Assembly: GCA_964390845.1 (NCBI GenBank)
Contig: CAYMIL010000001.1
Coordinates: 11,307-75,306 of the forward strand
Direction of reading: 5' to 3'
From: an uncultured Candidatus Saccharibacteria bacterium
Lineage (GTDB): Bacteria; Patescibacteriota; Minisyncoccia; Phycocordibacterales; CALRHW01
Length of the DNA stretch: 64,000 bases
In this document: piece by piece, positions 29,029 to 38,429 of the stretch
How the letters are laid out: every line of letters begins with the position of its first letter
Position numbering within the stretch: position 1 is the first letter of the stretch
Made by a program: the position numbers and the translations under genes
Notes under the pieces: generated by a model
What the model was told of the DNA's origin: nothing
The model's input: the letters and a program-made list of their open reading frames with translations, nothing else
The model's database searches: none

Positions 29029-30009
29029 ATGAGTCATTCTAAAGGTAAAAAAAGAGTTGGCGTACTGCGTGGTGGACCCTCTGGAGAATACGAAGTATCT
29101 CTAAAAACAGGCAACACTGTGCTTGCGCACTTGCCCCCACACTACGAACCAATTGATATCCTAATAGATAAAAAGGGAGTGTGGCATGTCGGTGGTCTCC
29201 CAAAGTCTCCAGAAAGTGTACTGCGTCTCGTCGATGTGGTGTTCAACGCGCTTCATGGCGATTATGGCGAGGATGGAAAGGTGCAACAGCTTCTCGATGC
29301 ATTTGGTGTTCCGTATACAGGTTCTGGTGCCGTTGCGTCTGCGCTAAGTATGAACAAATACCTTACAAAAAAGGTGTACATTGCGCGTGGTCTACGCACG
29401 CCTCATTTTGAGATTCTTCGTCGAGAAGACATCGAGCGCCCAAAATTATTTGGCGTATTTGCAAACCTCAATAAACCACTTGTAGTAAAGCCGGCATCGG
29501 CAGGTTCTTCGCTTGGAGTAACGATTCTTGTTGATTGGGAAGAGTTTACACCTGCTGTTGAGCACGCACTTGAGTTTTCTGACACGGTGCTTGTGGAAGA
29601 GTTTGTAAAGGGAATAGAGGCAACGTGCGGCGTACTCGATAGCGCGACAACAAAAGGTGAGATATATGCGCTTCCACCTGTGGAAATTGTAAAACCAGAA
29701 GAGAGTCCCTTCTTTAATTACGATGCAAAGTATAGCGGTGCATCTCAAGAGTTCTGTCCTGGTCGTTTCAACCCTCACCAAACAAAAAAAATTCAAGAGA
29801 TGGCAAAGGAAGCACACCGCGCGCTTGGGTTGCGTCACTATTCTCGCTCCGACTTTATCGTCGCTGATGATGATATTTACATTTTGGAGACCAATACATT
29901 GCCCGGCCTTACGCAGGAGTCTTTGTTGCCAAAGTCGCTCCTCGCAGCCGATTGCTCACTGCCAGACTTTCTCGATCACGTGATTATTTTGGCAATTGAA
30001 GGGGATTAG
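29029..30009 (+). CDS. ddl: D-alanine--D-alanine ligase
   Basis: GGPSGEYEVS, LHGDYGEDG, GSSLG, YDAKY, ETNTLPG. Confidence 0.96.
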   Translation: MSHSKGKKRVGVLRGGPSGEYEVSLKTGNTVLAHLPPHYEPIDILIDKKGVWHVGGLPKSPESVLRLVDVVFNALHGDYGEDGKVQQLLDAFGVPYTGSGAVASALSMNKYLTKKVYIARGLRTPHFEILRREDIERPKLFGVFANLNKPLVVKPASAGSSLGVTILVDWEEFTPAVEHALEFSDTVLVEEFVKGIEATCGVLDSATTKGEIYALPPVEIVKPEESPFFNYDAKYSGASQEFCPGRFNPHQTKKIQEMAKEAHRALGLRHYSRSDFIVADDDIYILETNTLPGLTQESLLPKSLLAADCSLPDFLDHVIILAIEGD

Positions 30010-30017
30010 ATGGTGCC

Positions 30018-30046
30018 TTGATTTTCTACCGTGTGTCCCATATAAT
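30018..30046 (+). promoter_or_regulatory. tRNA promoter
   Basis: TTGATT-N17-TATAAT. Confidence 0.65.
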
Positions 30047-30076
30047 GTAGCGCACGGTTTAGTTTGGTAAGTAGAC

Positions 30077-30149
30077 GGGCCCTTAGCTTAGTTGGTAGAG
30101 CGCCTCATTTGCAATGAGGAGGTCATCGGTTCGAATCCGATAGGGTCCA
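30077..30149 (+). tRNA. tRNA-Ala(TGC), CCA not encoded
   Basis: Acceptor GGGCCCT/AGGGTCC with G3:U70; anticodon arm CCTCA-TTTGCAA-TGAGG; T-loop GGTTCGAATCC. Confidence 0.97.
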
Positions 30150-30851
30150 CAACACATTGTTCCATGCCTCCAAAGTTAGTTTTCCTGAGTCTTCATTTTT
30201 TGTATATATAGTTACACTAGCATTTTTGGGTGCATTTTTTCCTTTCAGAAATTCTTCCATTTCCTCCCACGTCATCTCGTCTAAGATAAATCGAAAACAT
30301 TGGATGATTCGCCCATGTGTAACTAGCACTACGGTTTTGTCTTCGTAGGTGGTATAGAGTTCTTTAAGAAATGGTTTGAGGCGCTGTTCGATAACATCCA
30401 TCAAACTTTCACCGCCAACTGGTCGTGCAAACAAACCTCCAACAATGTCCCAATAGTGTTGTATGTAGGGAAAGTAAAGATTCTTGTCAGCCTCAAGGAG
30501 TACGTGGGTGTACCCACTTTCTCGTTCCCTGAGCGATAAATGTTCCTTAATCGGGATAGAGTTATTTTCATATGCGGTTAGTAGTTCTGTCGTTGTCTGT
30601 CGGGTTCTTTGATAACCAGAGTGGAACAATACATCTGGAGTGCCAATAAGTTCTTTGAGATGTTTAGACGTTTCTCGAGCCTGAAGAATTCCTGCGTTGG
30701 TAAGATTGATTTTATGATCCGGAATTTTTGAAAGAGACTCAAGTCCAGACGGGTCTTCGGTAAATAGTGCGTCGTTTGCTGCCTTATTTTTTTCTGATTC
30801 CGCGTGACGAATGAGGATAAGTTTTTTTGGAGTTCCTGACATATTTTTCAT
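30123..30851 (-). CDS. Histidine phosphatase (phosphoglycerate mutase family)
   Basis: LIRHAES, LRERESG, GGES, LVTHG. Confidence 0.9.
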   Translation of the reverse strand: MKNMSGTPKKLILIRHAESEKNKAANDALFTEDPSGLESLSKIPDHKINLTNAGILQARETSKHLKELIGTPDVLFHSGYQRTRQTTTELLTAYENNSIPIKEHLSLRERESGYTHVLLEADKNLYFPYIQHYWDIVGGLFARPVGGESLMDVIEQRLKPFLKELYTTYEDKTVVLVTHGRIIQCFRFILDEMTWEEMEEFLKGKNAPKNASVTIYTKNEDSGKLTLEAWNNVLWTLSDSNR

Positions 30852-30961
30852 GCTAGCACAGGTTGTGTATTGGTGCACGACTATGCTATAAATTTATGCA
30901 TATCAGCGTGGGTCGAAACTCGCGCGCAGTTCTTTGGGGAAACAGAAAGAAGGTGATAGCT

Positions 30962-31573
30962 ATGACGTGTCGTTCCGTTCCAACCTCAGTCGTCATCGTT
31001 GGTGAGGCGGGGACGGGAACGTCCTCCCTTCTCAGTGCGCTTCACAGCCAACTCAGTTTCAGGTGCCGTTCGGCGGGTAGTGAGGTGCGCAGGGCGCTTA
31101 TTCAGCGCAATGTCGACATCAACAACCCGGGCAGTCTCTATGAGACCGACGAGGAGTTTGACCTGAGGATTGACAGAGCGAATCGAGAGTTCATTGCCGA
31201 TGACGGCACCGCTCTCGACTGCCGACTCGGCCTGCTTGCGACAGAGGGCATGAGTCACGTGCTCAAGGTCAGACTCATCTGCGATCCGGAAGTGCGCTAC
31301 CAGCGCATCGCCGCACGCGAAGGGATTGCCCTCAGCCAAGCGGCAGAGCGAACGAAGGCTCGCGACGAACGCGACCTCAGGCGCCTCTCGACCATCTACA
31401 AGAAGACCCGCCAGGAGATCTACGGACTTCATCACTTCGATCGGGTGTTCGATACCACGGATACCTCGACGGAAGTGTGTGTTCGCGTGATCCAGAGCCT
31501 GTGCGCGCTCCCTCTCTTCGATGGGACCACCGTTCCCATGACCTGCTGTGGCCGATGTGCCAACGGCCGGTGA
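30962..31573 (+). CDS. Archaeal-type cytidylate kinase-like protein (GC-rich cassette)
   Basis: GEAGTGTS P-loop, RYQRIAAREG, RDERD..IY; SD GAAGGTGA. Confidence 0.75.
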   Translation: MTCRSVPTSVVIVGEAGTGTSSLLSALHSQLSFRCRSAGSEVRRALIQRNVDINNPGSLYETDEEFDLRIDRANREFIADDGTALDCRLGLLATEGMSHVLKVRLICDPEVRYQRIAAREGIALSQAAERTKARDERDLRRLSTIYKKTRQEIYGLHHFDRVFDTTDTSTEVCVRVIQSLCALPLFDGTTVPMTCCGRCANGR

Positions 31574-31593
31574 ACAACGCCCCCCCCAACTAG

Positions 31594-31636
31594 CCCTGTG
31601 CACCGCCCTCAAGGTGGTGTACGGGGTTATTTTTTT
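31594..31636 (+). terminator. Intrinsic terminator
   Basis: CCCTGTGCACCGCC/GGTGGTGTACGGGG stem followed by a T-run. Confidence 0.8.
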
Positions 31637-31650
31637 GTTGTAAAATAAGC

Positions 31651-31678
31651 TGTAATGACGGGTCTGTATATCCGTCAT
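31651..31678 (+). promoter_or_regulatory. Putative autoregulatory ECF-sigma promoter
   Basis: TGTAAT-N16-CGTCAT, 5 nt before the sigma ATG; resembles B. subtilis SigX/SigW/SigM promoter consensus. Confidence 0.55.
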
Positions 31679-31683
31679 ATTCT

Positions 31684-32196
31684 ATGGATTCGCGCACAGA
31701 GGCACAATTTCTTGAGTCATATAAGGAACACGCTGATGCTTTGTTCCGATATTGCTACTTTAAGACCCTTCAGCGAGAAGAGGCAAAAGACATGCTTCAG
31801 GATGTATTCGTAAAGACATGGGAATATATCAACAAGGGAGGTGAGGTAGAAAATATGAAGGCATTTTTGTATCGAACAGCTCACAATATAGTTGTCGATC
31901 ACTATCGCAAGAAAAAGACCGTCTCGCTAGACGACCTCGCAGATCAGGGTTTTGATCCTGGCGCGGATACCACACAAGAACTTGAAAACCAGATAGATGG
32001 CGCGCATGCGATTTCTCTACTCAACAAAATTCCCGATGCGTATCGCGATGTGATTTTTATGCAGTATGTTGATGGTCTCAGTGTAAAAGAAATTGCAGAT
32101 ATTCTTGGAGAAACACCAAACAATGTCTCAGTAAAAATTCACCGAGGACTTGAAAAGTTGCGAAAAGTATACAACGACAATGGATCCAGAAATTAA
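31684..32196 (+). CDS. ECF RNA polymerase sigma factor
   Basis: DMLQDVFVKTW, FLYRTAHNIVVDHYRKK, region 4 LSVKEIA..VKIHRG. Confidence 0.93.
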   Translation: MDSRTEAQFLESYKEHADALFRYCYFKTLQREEAKDMLQDVFVKTWEYINKGGEVENMKAFLYRTAHNIVVDHYRKKKTVSLDDLADQGFDPGADTTQELENQIDGAHAISLLNKIPDAYRDVIFMQYVDGLSVKEIADILGETPNNVSVKIHRGLEKLRKVYNDNGSRN

Positions 32197-33463
32197 AAAA
32201 GTAATACAGAGTATTCGAAAGATTTCTCTTTCTTCTAGTGAAAAGAGGGCTCTTTTGAGTGAAATAACATCGCGTATGCGGGCAGATGCTCCGTACGTAT
32301 CGGCGCAGTCGCCTGTACGTCGCCCGATACTTTCCCCATATTTTTTCCACGCTCAGCGTTACGCGGTCTTTGCGTTCGTTGCTGTGTTTGTCGTGTTGGG
32401 TGGTAGCGCCTCTGCTCTCGCGCAGTCAGCGCTTCCGGGTGATGTGCTCTACACCGTAAAGGTCAACATCAACGAAGAAATTCGTTCTATGTTTGCATTT
32501 AATGCAGAATCAAAAGCATATTTTGAAACACAGCGCGCGGGAGAACGCCTTGAAGAAGCAAAAACACTTGCGATGAAGGGCGAGCTCACGAGTGACACTA
32601 AGGCAGAAATCCAAAAGAATCTTGCTAAGCATGTTCAGAAAGTTCAGGAGCAGATTCAGACAATCGAGGCAGGCAACAATCTTCCAGCCGCTATTAAAGT
32701 AAGTGAAAATCTAGAGCAATCGTTGCGTACGTACACAAAGCCACTTGTTCAACTTGAAGAAACTCGCAAAAGTGCACGGGTTGTAGCATCTCGCACATCG
32801 ACTCGTTCTACTGCAAAGAAAGTACCACAGGAAAGCACTGAGGCTCCTGTTGCTGTGTCCGCATCTATCGCGTCTGAGCCAGCTTCAGAGTCCGTTTCAG
32901 AGCCTGTCGCACTCATGGCTGAGCCTGTCGTAGAAGATGTATCTGAGCCAGCCGTGTCTGCATCTCTCGCATCCGAGCTTATTCCTGAAGAAATTTCTGA
33001 TGTTACTGCGATGGTAGAAAGCACTGAATTGACTGATATTGTAAATAGTGTTCAGCAAAGTATTAGTACGGCAACACAGGTTCGCGAAGAAGTAGAACAA
33101 AAAATTCTTACCGCAACAGGTGATGTTCAGCGTGCGATTGCCGAAGAAAAACGTGCTATTGCTCTTACTCAAATAGAGCAAGCTCGTTTTCTTGCGTTCG
33201 GCACATCTACACCGCCAATTGTCGCTACAAGTACAAAAAATATGAACGCCTCGACAACACTTGCGCTTGCGTATGATTTTATTGCACAAGGCGATACTTC
33301 TTTTGCTACGGAAGCATACGTAGACGCGTACACATTGTTTAAGAAGGCGCTTGAGTCTGCGACAGCTATTGTCGAAGAATACACCCCTGCAGTTTCAGAG
33401 GGTAAGGTCCTTGGAGATAGCACGGTAGAGGTGGGCACTTCAACTCCTAAAGTTTCGAAATAG
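32180..33463 (+). CDS. Putative anti-sigma membrane protein (DUF5667-like) with S/E/P-rich linker
   Basis: Overlaps the sigma gene; TM followed by ALPGDVLYTVKVNINE. Confidence 0.75.
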   Translation: MDPEIKKVIQSIRKISLSSSEKRALLSEITSRMRADAPYVSAQSPVRRPILSPYFFHAQRYAVFAFVAVFVVLGGSASALAQSALPGDVLYTVKVNINEEIRSMFAFNAESKAYFETQRAGERLEEAKTLAMKGELTSDTKAEIQKNLAKHVQKVQEQIQTIEAGNNLPAAIKVSENLEQSLRTYTKPLVQLEETRKSARVVASRTSTRSTAKKVPQESTEAPVAVSASIASEPASESVSEPVALMAEPVVEDVSEPAVSASLASELIPEEISDVTAMVESTELTDIVNSVQQSISTATQVREEVEQKILTATGDVQRAIAEEKRAIALTQIEQARFLAFGTSTPPIVATSTKNMNASTTLALAYDFIAQGDTSFATEAYVDAYTLFKKALESATAIVEEYTPAVSEGKVLGDSTVEVGTSTPKVSK

Positions 33464-33487
33464 TCAGTACTGCGATATAATTTTCGC

Positions 33488-34729
33488 ATGCCTGATAATT
33501 CAAATCCTTTCGCTAACGCGATTTCTCAATTGGAGCGCGCCGCTTCAGTTGCGCAAGTAAGTCCGGCGTTTATTGAGCGCATGAAGTTTCCGGATCGTCA
33601 TGTCGAGGTAAGTATTCCTGTGCGCATGGATGATGGAACAGAGCGCATCTTTCAAGGTTTTCGAAGTCAGCACAACAATGCCCGCGGTCCATACAAGGGT
33701 GGTATCCGCTTTCATCCCAATGTTGATCTCGACGAAGTTCGCGCACTCAGTTTTTGGATGACTTTTAAAACAGCGGTCGTTGGAGTGCCGTTTGGTGGTG
33801 GTAAGGGTGGTGTTGTGGTAGATCCAAAAACCCTGAGCGCTCGGGAGCTTGAAGCGGTCGCGCGTGGATATGTGCAGAAAATGTATCCTGTGCTCGGGCC
33901 AGAAATCGATGTTCCGGCACCCGATGTAAACACAGGTGAAGTCATTATGGGATATATGCTCGATGAGTATGAGCGTATGGTACAGAAAAAAGCACCCGCA
34001 ACGTTTACGGGAAAAGCTGTCTCAAATGGCGGGAGCGAGGGGCGTACTGAAGCAACTGGTTTTGGCGGTGGTGTTGTGTTGAGAGAGATTATGCGCGCAG
34101 GGTTCCTTCCTGCTGTAGAAAAACCCCGTGTTGCGATTCAGGGTTTTGGAAATGTTGCGACATATATGGCAGAGAGTGCGGTACAGCAGGGAATGTCTGT
34201 CGTTGCATTATCTGACAGTTCTGGTGGTGTATATGCCTCTGGTGGTATTGATATCGCTAAAGCATTGGCGCACAAAAAGCAGACAGGATCGCTTGCTCAT
34301 CTTGAAGGCACAACACCTATTTCAAACGAAGAATTGCTCGCATCCGATGTGGATATTCTTATTCCATCAGCTCTTGAAAATGTTCTTACGGGGGAAAACG
34401 CGAGTGCTGTGCGTGCCCGACTCGTGCTTGAAATGGCAAATGGTCCGACAACACAGAAGGCAGATGATGTGATGCATGAGCGTGGTATCGTGGTTGTGCC
34501 AGACATTCTCGCAAACAGTGGTGGTGTCGCAACAAGCTATTTTGAATGGTATCAAAACATGCACAACGAGCGTTGGACTCGAGAAGAAGTGTTGCACAAA
34601 CTCGATCAGCGTATGACGGAAGCTGTTGCGGCAGTGTGTGCGATGCGAGCAAAATACAACACCACACTTCGAAATGCCGCATATATTCTTGCTGTAGAGC
34701 GCATACAAGAAAAAATGAATATCGTATAA
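33488..34729 (+). CDS. gdhA: Glu/Leu/Phe/Val dehydrogenase (glutamate dehydrogenase)
   Basis: GPYKGGIRFHP, PFGGGKGG, DVPAPDV, QGFGNV, EMANGP. Confidence 0.93.
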   Translation: MPDNSNPFANAISQLERAASVAQVSPAFIERMKFPDRHVEVSIPVRMDDGTERIFQGFRSQHNNARGPYKGGIRFHPNVDLDEVRALSFWMTFKTAVVGVPFGGGKGGVVVDPKTLSARELEAVARGYVQKMYPVLGPEIDVPAPDVNTGEVIMGYMLDEYERMVQKKAPATFTGKAVSNGGSEGRTEATGFGGGVVLREIMRAGFLPAVEKPRVAIQGFGNVATYMAESAVQQGMSVVALSDSSGGVYASGGIDIAKALAHKKQTGSLAHLEGTTPISNEELLASDVDILIPSALENVLTGENASAVRARLVLEMANGPTTQKADDVMHERGIVVVPDILANSGGVATSYFEWYQNMHNERWTREEVLHKLDQRMTEAVAAVCAMRAKYNTTLRNAAYILAVERIQEKMNIV

Positions 34730-34736
34730 TACACGT

Positions 34737-35705
34737 ATGGAAGAAGCTCTCAAAAATTTTGCACAACAATTTGCGTGGAAACCTATAATTGAGCACGAGG
34801 ATGCTTTGCCGCGCGAACGAAGAAGTGTTGTGCTTTGTGGTATGGGTGGTTCACACCTTGCGGCGGATATTTTGAAGATGGTGCGACCAGAGACTGATAT
34901 ATACATACATCGAGATTATGGCTTGCCTGCACTCGATGACGCGAAATACAGTACGGCACTTCATATCGCAAGTTCTCATTCTGGAAATACAGAAGAAGTC
35001 CTCGACTTTGTGAGTGAAGCGCTAAAACGCGGTCGGTCTGTCGCTGTCATTTCTTCTGGAGGTGCTCTCATAGACGTTGCTCGCACACATTCATTGCCCT
35101 ACGTACTTTTGCCAGACGGTGGGATACAGCCTCGTGTTGCTATCGGCCATGCACTCGTGGCGCTCGGTGCACTTTTGGGAGATACTCCTCTTCTGCAGGA
35201 GCTAGGGCGGCTGGCTGTCGAGTGGAAACCCTCGGAGATAGAAGCAGAGGGAAAAGCGCTTGCATGGAAAATGCAAGGGAAGATTCCGCTTGTGTATGCT
35301 TCTCGAGCTCGTAGCGCACTCGCAATGAATTGGAAGATTCGTTTTAATGAAACGGCGAAAATCCCTGCATTTCACAATGTGTTTCCCGAGCTCAATCACA
35401 ACGAAATGGAAGGTTTTGATCTGATGAATCAAATGGAAATGTCGACAAACATTTTTCATTTCATCTTTCTCTTTGACAAAAACGACCACCCACGTATTTC
35501 TCGTCGAATGATTATTACTCGAAAATTGCTTGAAGCTCGAGGTTACACCGTGTCTGTTGTTGAGAGTGCAGAAAAAAATCCTTGGATCAACGCATTTCAT
35601 TTGTTACTTCTTGCCGACTGGACAGCAGTGCATATTGCTCAGGAAAACGATGTTGACCCCGAGCAGGTGCCAATGATTTCAGAATTAAAAGAAAAACTTT
35701 CCTAA
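34737..35705 (+). CDS. Bifunctional phosphoglucose/phosphomannose isomerase (archaeal type)
   Basis: GMGGS, SHSGNTEE, QPR, NETAK, PELNHNE. Confidence 0.92.
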   Translation: MEEALKNFAQQFAWKPIIEHEDALPRERRSVVLCGMGGSHLAADILKMVRPETDIYIHRDYGLPALDDAKYSTALHIASSHSGNTEEVLDFVSEALKRGRSVAVISSGGALIDVARTHSLPYVLLPDGGIQPRVAIGHALVALGALLGDTPLLQELGRLAVEWKPSEIEAEGKALAWKMQGKIPLVYASRARSALAMNWKIRFNETAKIPAFHNVFPELNHNEMEGFDLMNQMEMSTNIFHFIFLFDKNDHPRISRRMIITRKLLEARGYTVSVVESAEKNPWINAFHLLLLADWTAVHIAQENDVDPEQVPMISELKEKLS

Positions 35706-35706
35706 T

Positions 35707-36531
35707 ATGTACCTCTTGTTTGATATTGGTGGCACTCGTACACGCGTTGCGTATTCAGCCGATGGGGCAACGATCGGAGATCATGTATCGTTTGAAACTC
35801 CAGCACACTGTGCTGAGGGTGTTGAGGCGATTGTGCAGGCTGCGCACTCTCTGGGTGCATTTGGAAACATTACCGCGGCGTCTGGAGGGGTGCCAGGAAT
35901 TCTTGATGAGAAAAAAGCAGGGCTTCTTTCAGCACCACACCTTCCTGCGTGGGCGGGAGAGCCGTTTGTAGATTTGTTGTCTACAGCGCTTGGTGTGCCA
36001 GTATATATAGAAAACGATGCGACACTAGCTGGCCTCGGAGAGGCACACCATGGTGCTGGTCGTGGTGTGGGTATTATGGAGTACATTACGGTGAGCACGG
36101 GCGTTGGTGGTACTCGGATTGTAGACGGTCGCATTGATGAAAAGGCACTTGGTTTTGAGCCGGGCAAAGAAATACTTTCCTTTGAAGCGGGTAGTGTCCA
36201 CACGTTTGAAGATGCGGTGTCGGGCACTGCACTTGAGAAAAAGTATGGGAGAAAACCCAAGGACATCCATGAGCCAGAAGTGTGGGAAGAACTCTCAGTA
36301 CTTCTTGCTCGCGGACTCTACAACACCATACTCCTGTGGTCTCCTGATGTGATAGTATTGGGTGGTTCGATGATTACTGGTAATCCCGCGATTCCACTTG
36401 AGAGAACAAAAGCTCATATGATGGACACAGCCTCAGTGCTTCCGCGGGTGCCGGACATTCGAAAGGCAGAACTCGGTGATGTGGGAGGTTTGTGGGGTGC
36501 ACTTGAATATATAAAACAATATACACACTAA
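35707..36531 (+). CDS. ROK family sugar kinase
   Basis: DIGGT, IENDA, TVSTGVGG. Confidence 0.9.
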   Translation: MYLLFDIGGTRTRVAYSADGATIGDHVSFETPAHCAEGVEAIVQAAHSLGAFGNITAASGGVPGILDEKKAGLLSAPHLPAWAGEPFVDLLSTALGVPVYIENDATLAGLGEAHHGAGRGVGIMEYITVSTGVGGTRIVDGRIDEKALGFEPGKEILSFEAGSVHTFEDAVSGTALEKKYGRKPKDIHEPEVWEELSVLLARGLYNTILLWSPDVIVLGGSMITGNPAIPLERTKAHMMDTASVLPRVPDIRKAELGDVGGLWGALEYIKQYTH

Positions 36532-36533
36532 CT

Positions 36534-36758
36534 ATGTCGATTAAAGATTTTTTTATGAGAAAGATTCTTGCGTCAAAGCTCAAGAATGTTCCAGAAGCTC
36601 AGCGCAATCAGATGTTGGATATGATTCAAAAAAATCCTGAACTTTTTCAGCAGATTGGCCGTGAGGTGCAAGAAAAAATGAGTCATGGCATGGACCAAAT
36701 GGCGGCAAGTATGGAGGTAATGAGAAAATACGAGGGAGAACTCAGAAAAATAATGTAG
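36534..36758 (+). CDS. Small hypothetical helical protein
   Basis: Met/Gln/Lys-rich ORF with IQKNPELFQQI, 2 nt after the ROK stop. Confidence 0.75.
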   Translation: MSIKDFFMRKILASKLKNVPEAQRNQMLDMIQKNPELFQQIGREVQEKMSHGMDQMAASMEVMRKYEGELRKIM

Positions 36759-36787
36759 TTGCTTTTGGGTCGTGTTCGCTGTATTCT
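36759..36787 (+). promoter_or_regulatory. Sigma70-type promoter of the orphan at 36858
   Basis: TTGCTT-N17-TATTCT beginning at the base after the upstream stop codon. Confidence 0.55.
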
Positions 36788-36857
36788 TGTAGGTAGAAAG
36801 CGTGCCGTATCACGCAATCACTGACACTCTTGAAAACCAGAAAGGAGGTGATGAGTC

Positions 36858-37187
36858 ATGAACAGCAAACAGCCTGTTCGCGGACTGAAGTACGAGGGCC
36901 TCGTAGAGCTTCAACTTAAGCGACTTCGTTTTCTCGAAGGAGTGCGCGAAGCGTGTAAGGGGAAGCCTGGCGGTATTGGGGTTCGGAAAAACTGGACCCC
37001 CGAAGATCGTCAGACGCACAAGGAGCACAAGGCTCGCATCCATGCTCATCGAGAGCTGTATAAAATCGATGATGCCATGGCGCAGGATGCCCTCGACGAA
37101 GCCGTGAAGCGCCATGAGGAACTCAAGGTGCTTCAGGACATTCCAGAAGATCAGCAAGAAGGAACAAGCCATGCAGATGCAGCGTGA
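36858..37187 (+). CDS. Orphan charged protein
   Basis: Full SD AAAGGAGGTGA; ends SHADAA; hairpin plus T-rich tail at 37214-37260. Confidence 0.7.
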   Translation: MNSKQPVRGLKYEGLVELQLKRLRFLEGVREACKGKPGGIGVRKNWTPEDRQTHKEHKARIHAHRELYKIDDAMAQDALDEAVKRHEELKVLQDIPEDQQEGTSHADAA

Positions 37188-37281
37188 AAGCTGGCATGAG
37201 TTGTTCGCCAGGTAAGGCGTCGTTCGGATGAAATTCGATCGACGCTTTCCTTTTGTCTTTATTTTTTATACTCTATACACC

Positions 37282-38379
37282 ATGTCGTTATCAGTCGGAA
37301 TCGTTGGTTTGCCAAATGTGGGAAAGTCCACACTCTTCAATGCTCTTACAAAAAAGAGTGTTCTTGCCGCGAATTATCCCTTTGCCACAATCGACCCATC
37401 CGTGGGCGTGGTAGAGGTTCCCGATGAACGTCTCTGGAAACTTTCTGCGTTTTCCAACACGCAAAAGACAGTGCCTGCCGCGGTGGAATTCGTAGATATT
37501 GCGGGGCTTGTAAAAGGCGCGTCGGAAGGCGAGGGCCTTGGAAATCAATTTCTCACAAATATTCGCGAAACAGATGCTATTGCTCAGGTTGTACGTATTT
37601 TTGAAGATGAAAATATTATTCATGTCGATGGAAAAATACATCCAGTAGGGGATATTGAGGTAATCAATCTTGAGCTTATTTTGGCTGATTTACAAACAGT
37701 CACAAAGAGACTTGGCAATTTGGGGCGCGATGTGAAGCGTGGAGACAAAACAGCGCTTCTTGAGCACGACGCGCTCATTCGTATTGAAAGCGCCCTCAAG
37801 GATGGTAAGCTTGCATCGTCTGTTGCACTCAATGATCTAGAAAAGCCTCTTGTGAAGCAGCTTCACCTCCTTACCTCAAAACCAATGATGTATGTGCTCA
37901 ATAAAAAAGCTGGGGGGAAAAATCTTGATGAAATAAAAGATGAACGATGGGACGCCCTACTCACATTTCTTAATAACTCTGGCGCAAAATGGGTAGTTGT
38001 TGACGCGCGCATCGAAGAAGAGCTCAAGGATATGTCTGGTGAAGAAAAAACGATGTTTAGAGGTGAGCTCGGAGCGCACGATGACGGTATCAACAATCTG
38101 ATTCGTACTGGCTACGATTTGCTCAATCTCATTACATATTTCACGACAGGCGAAAAAGAAACGCGGGCATGGACTATTGTGCGGGGATGGAATGCACCAA
38201 TGGCGGGAACAGCTATTCATACAGACTTTAAAGATAAATTTGTGCGCGCAGAAGTCGTAGAGTGGGACAAACTCATTGAAGCAGGCTCATACGGCGCCGC
38301 TCGTGAAAAAGGCCTTGTGCGAACTGAAGGAAAAGAATACATCGTCAAAGACGGTGATGTGATTGAGTTTAAGATTTAG
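37282..38379 (+). CDS. ychF: Ribosome-binding ATPase YchF
   Basis: [38 protein letters not shown]. Confidence 0.97.
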   Translation: MSLSVGIVGLPNVGKSTLFNALTKKSVLAANYPFATIDPSVGVVEVPDERLWKLSAFSNTQKTVPAAVEFVDIAGLVKGASEGEGLGNQFLTNIRETDAIAQVVRIFEDENIIHVDGKIHPVGDIEVINLELILADLQTVTKRLGNLGRDVKRGDKTALLEHDALIRIESALKDGKLASSVALNDLEKPLVKQLHLLTSKPMMYVLNKKAGGKNLDEIKDERWDALLTFLNNSGAKWVVVDARIEEELKDMSGEEKTMFRGELGAHDDGINNLIRTGYDLLNLITYFTTGEKETRAWTIVRGWNAPMAGTAIHTDFKDKFVRAEVVEWDKLIEAGSYGAAREKGLVRTEGKEYIVKDGDVIEFKI

Positions 38380-38429
38380 CTCAGGCGTAAGGGTTTAAAT
38401 TTGCCCAAAAACTGGTATAATGCGCGCAT

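Noticed and set aside
30980-31030. Cytidylate kinase P-loop lacking Lys (GTGTS) read as a dead enzyme
   Set aside because: Archaeal-type cytidylate kinases often have GxGT(S/T), so this is not evidence of inactivation
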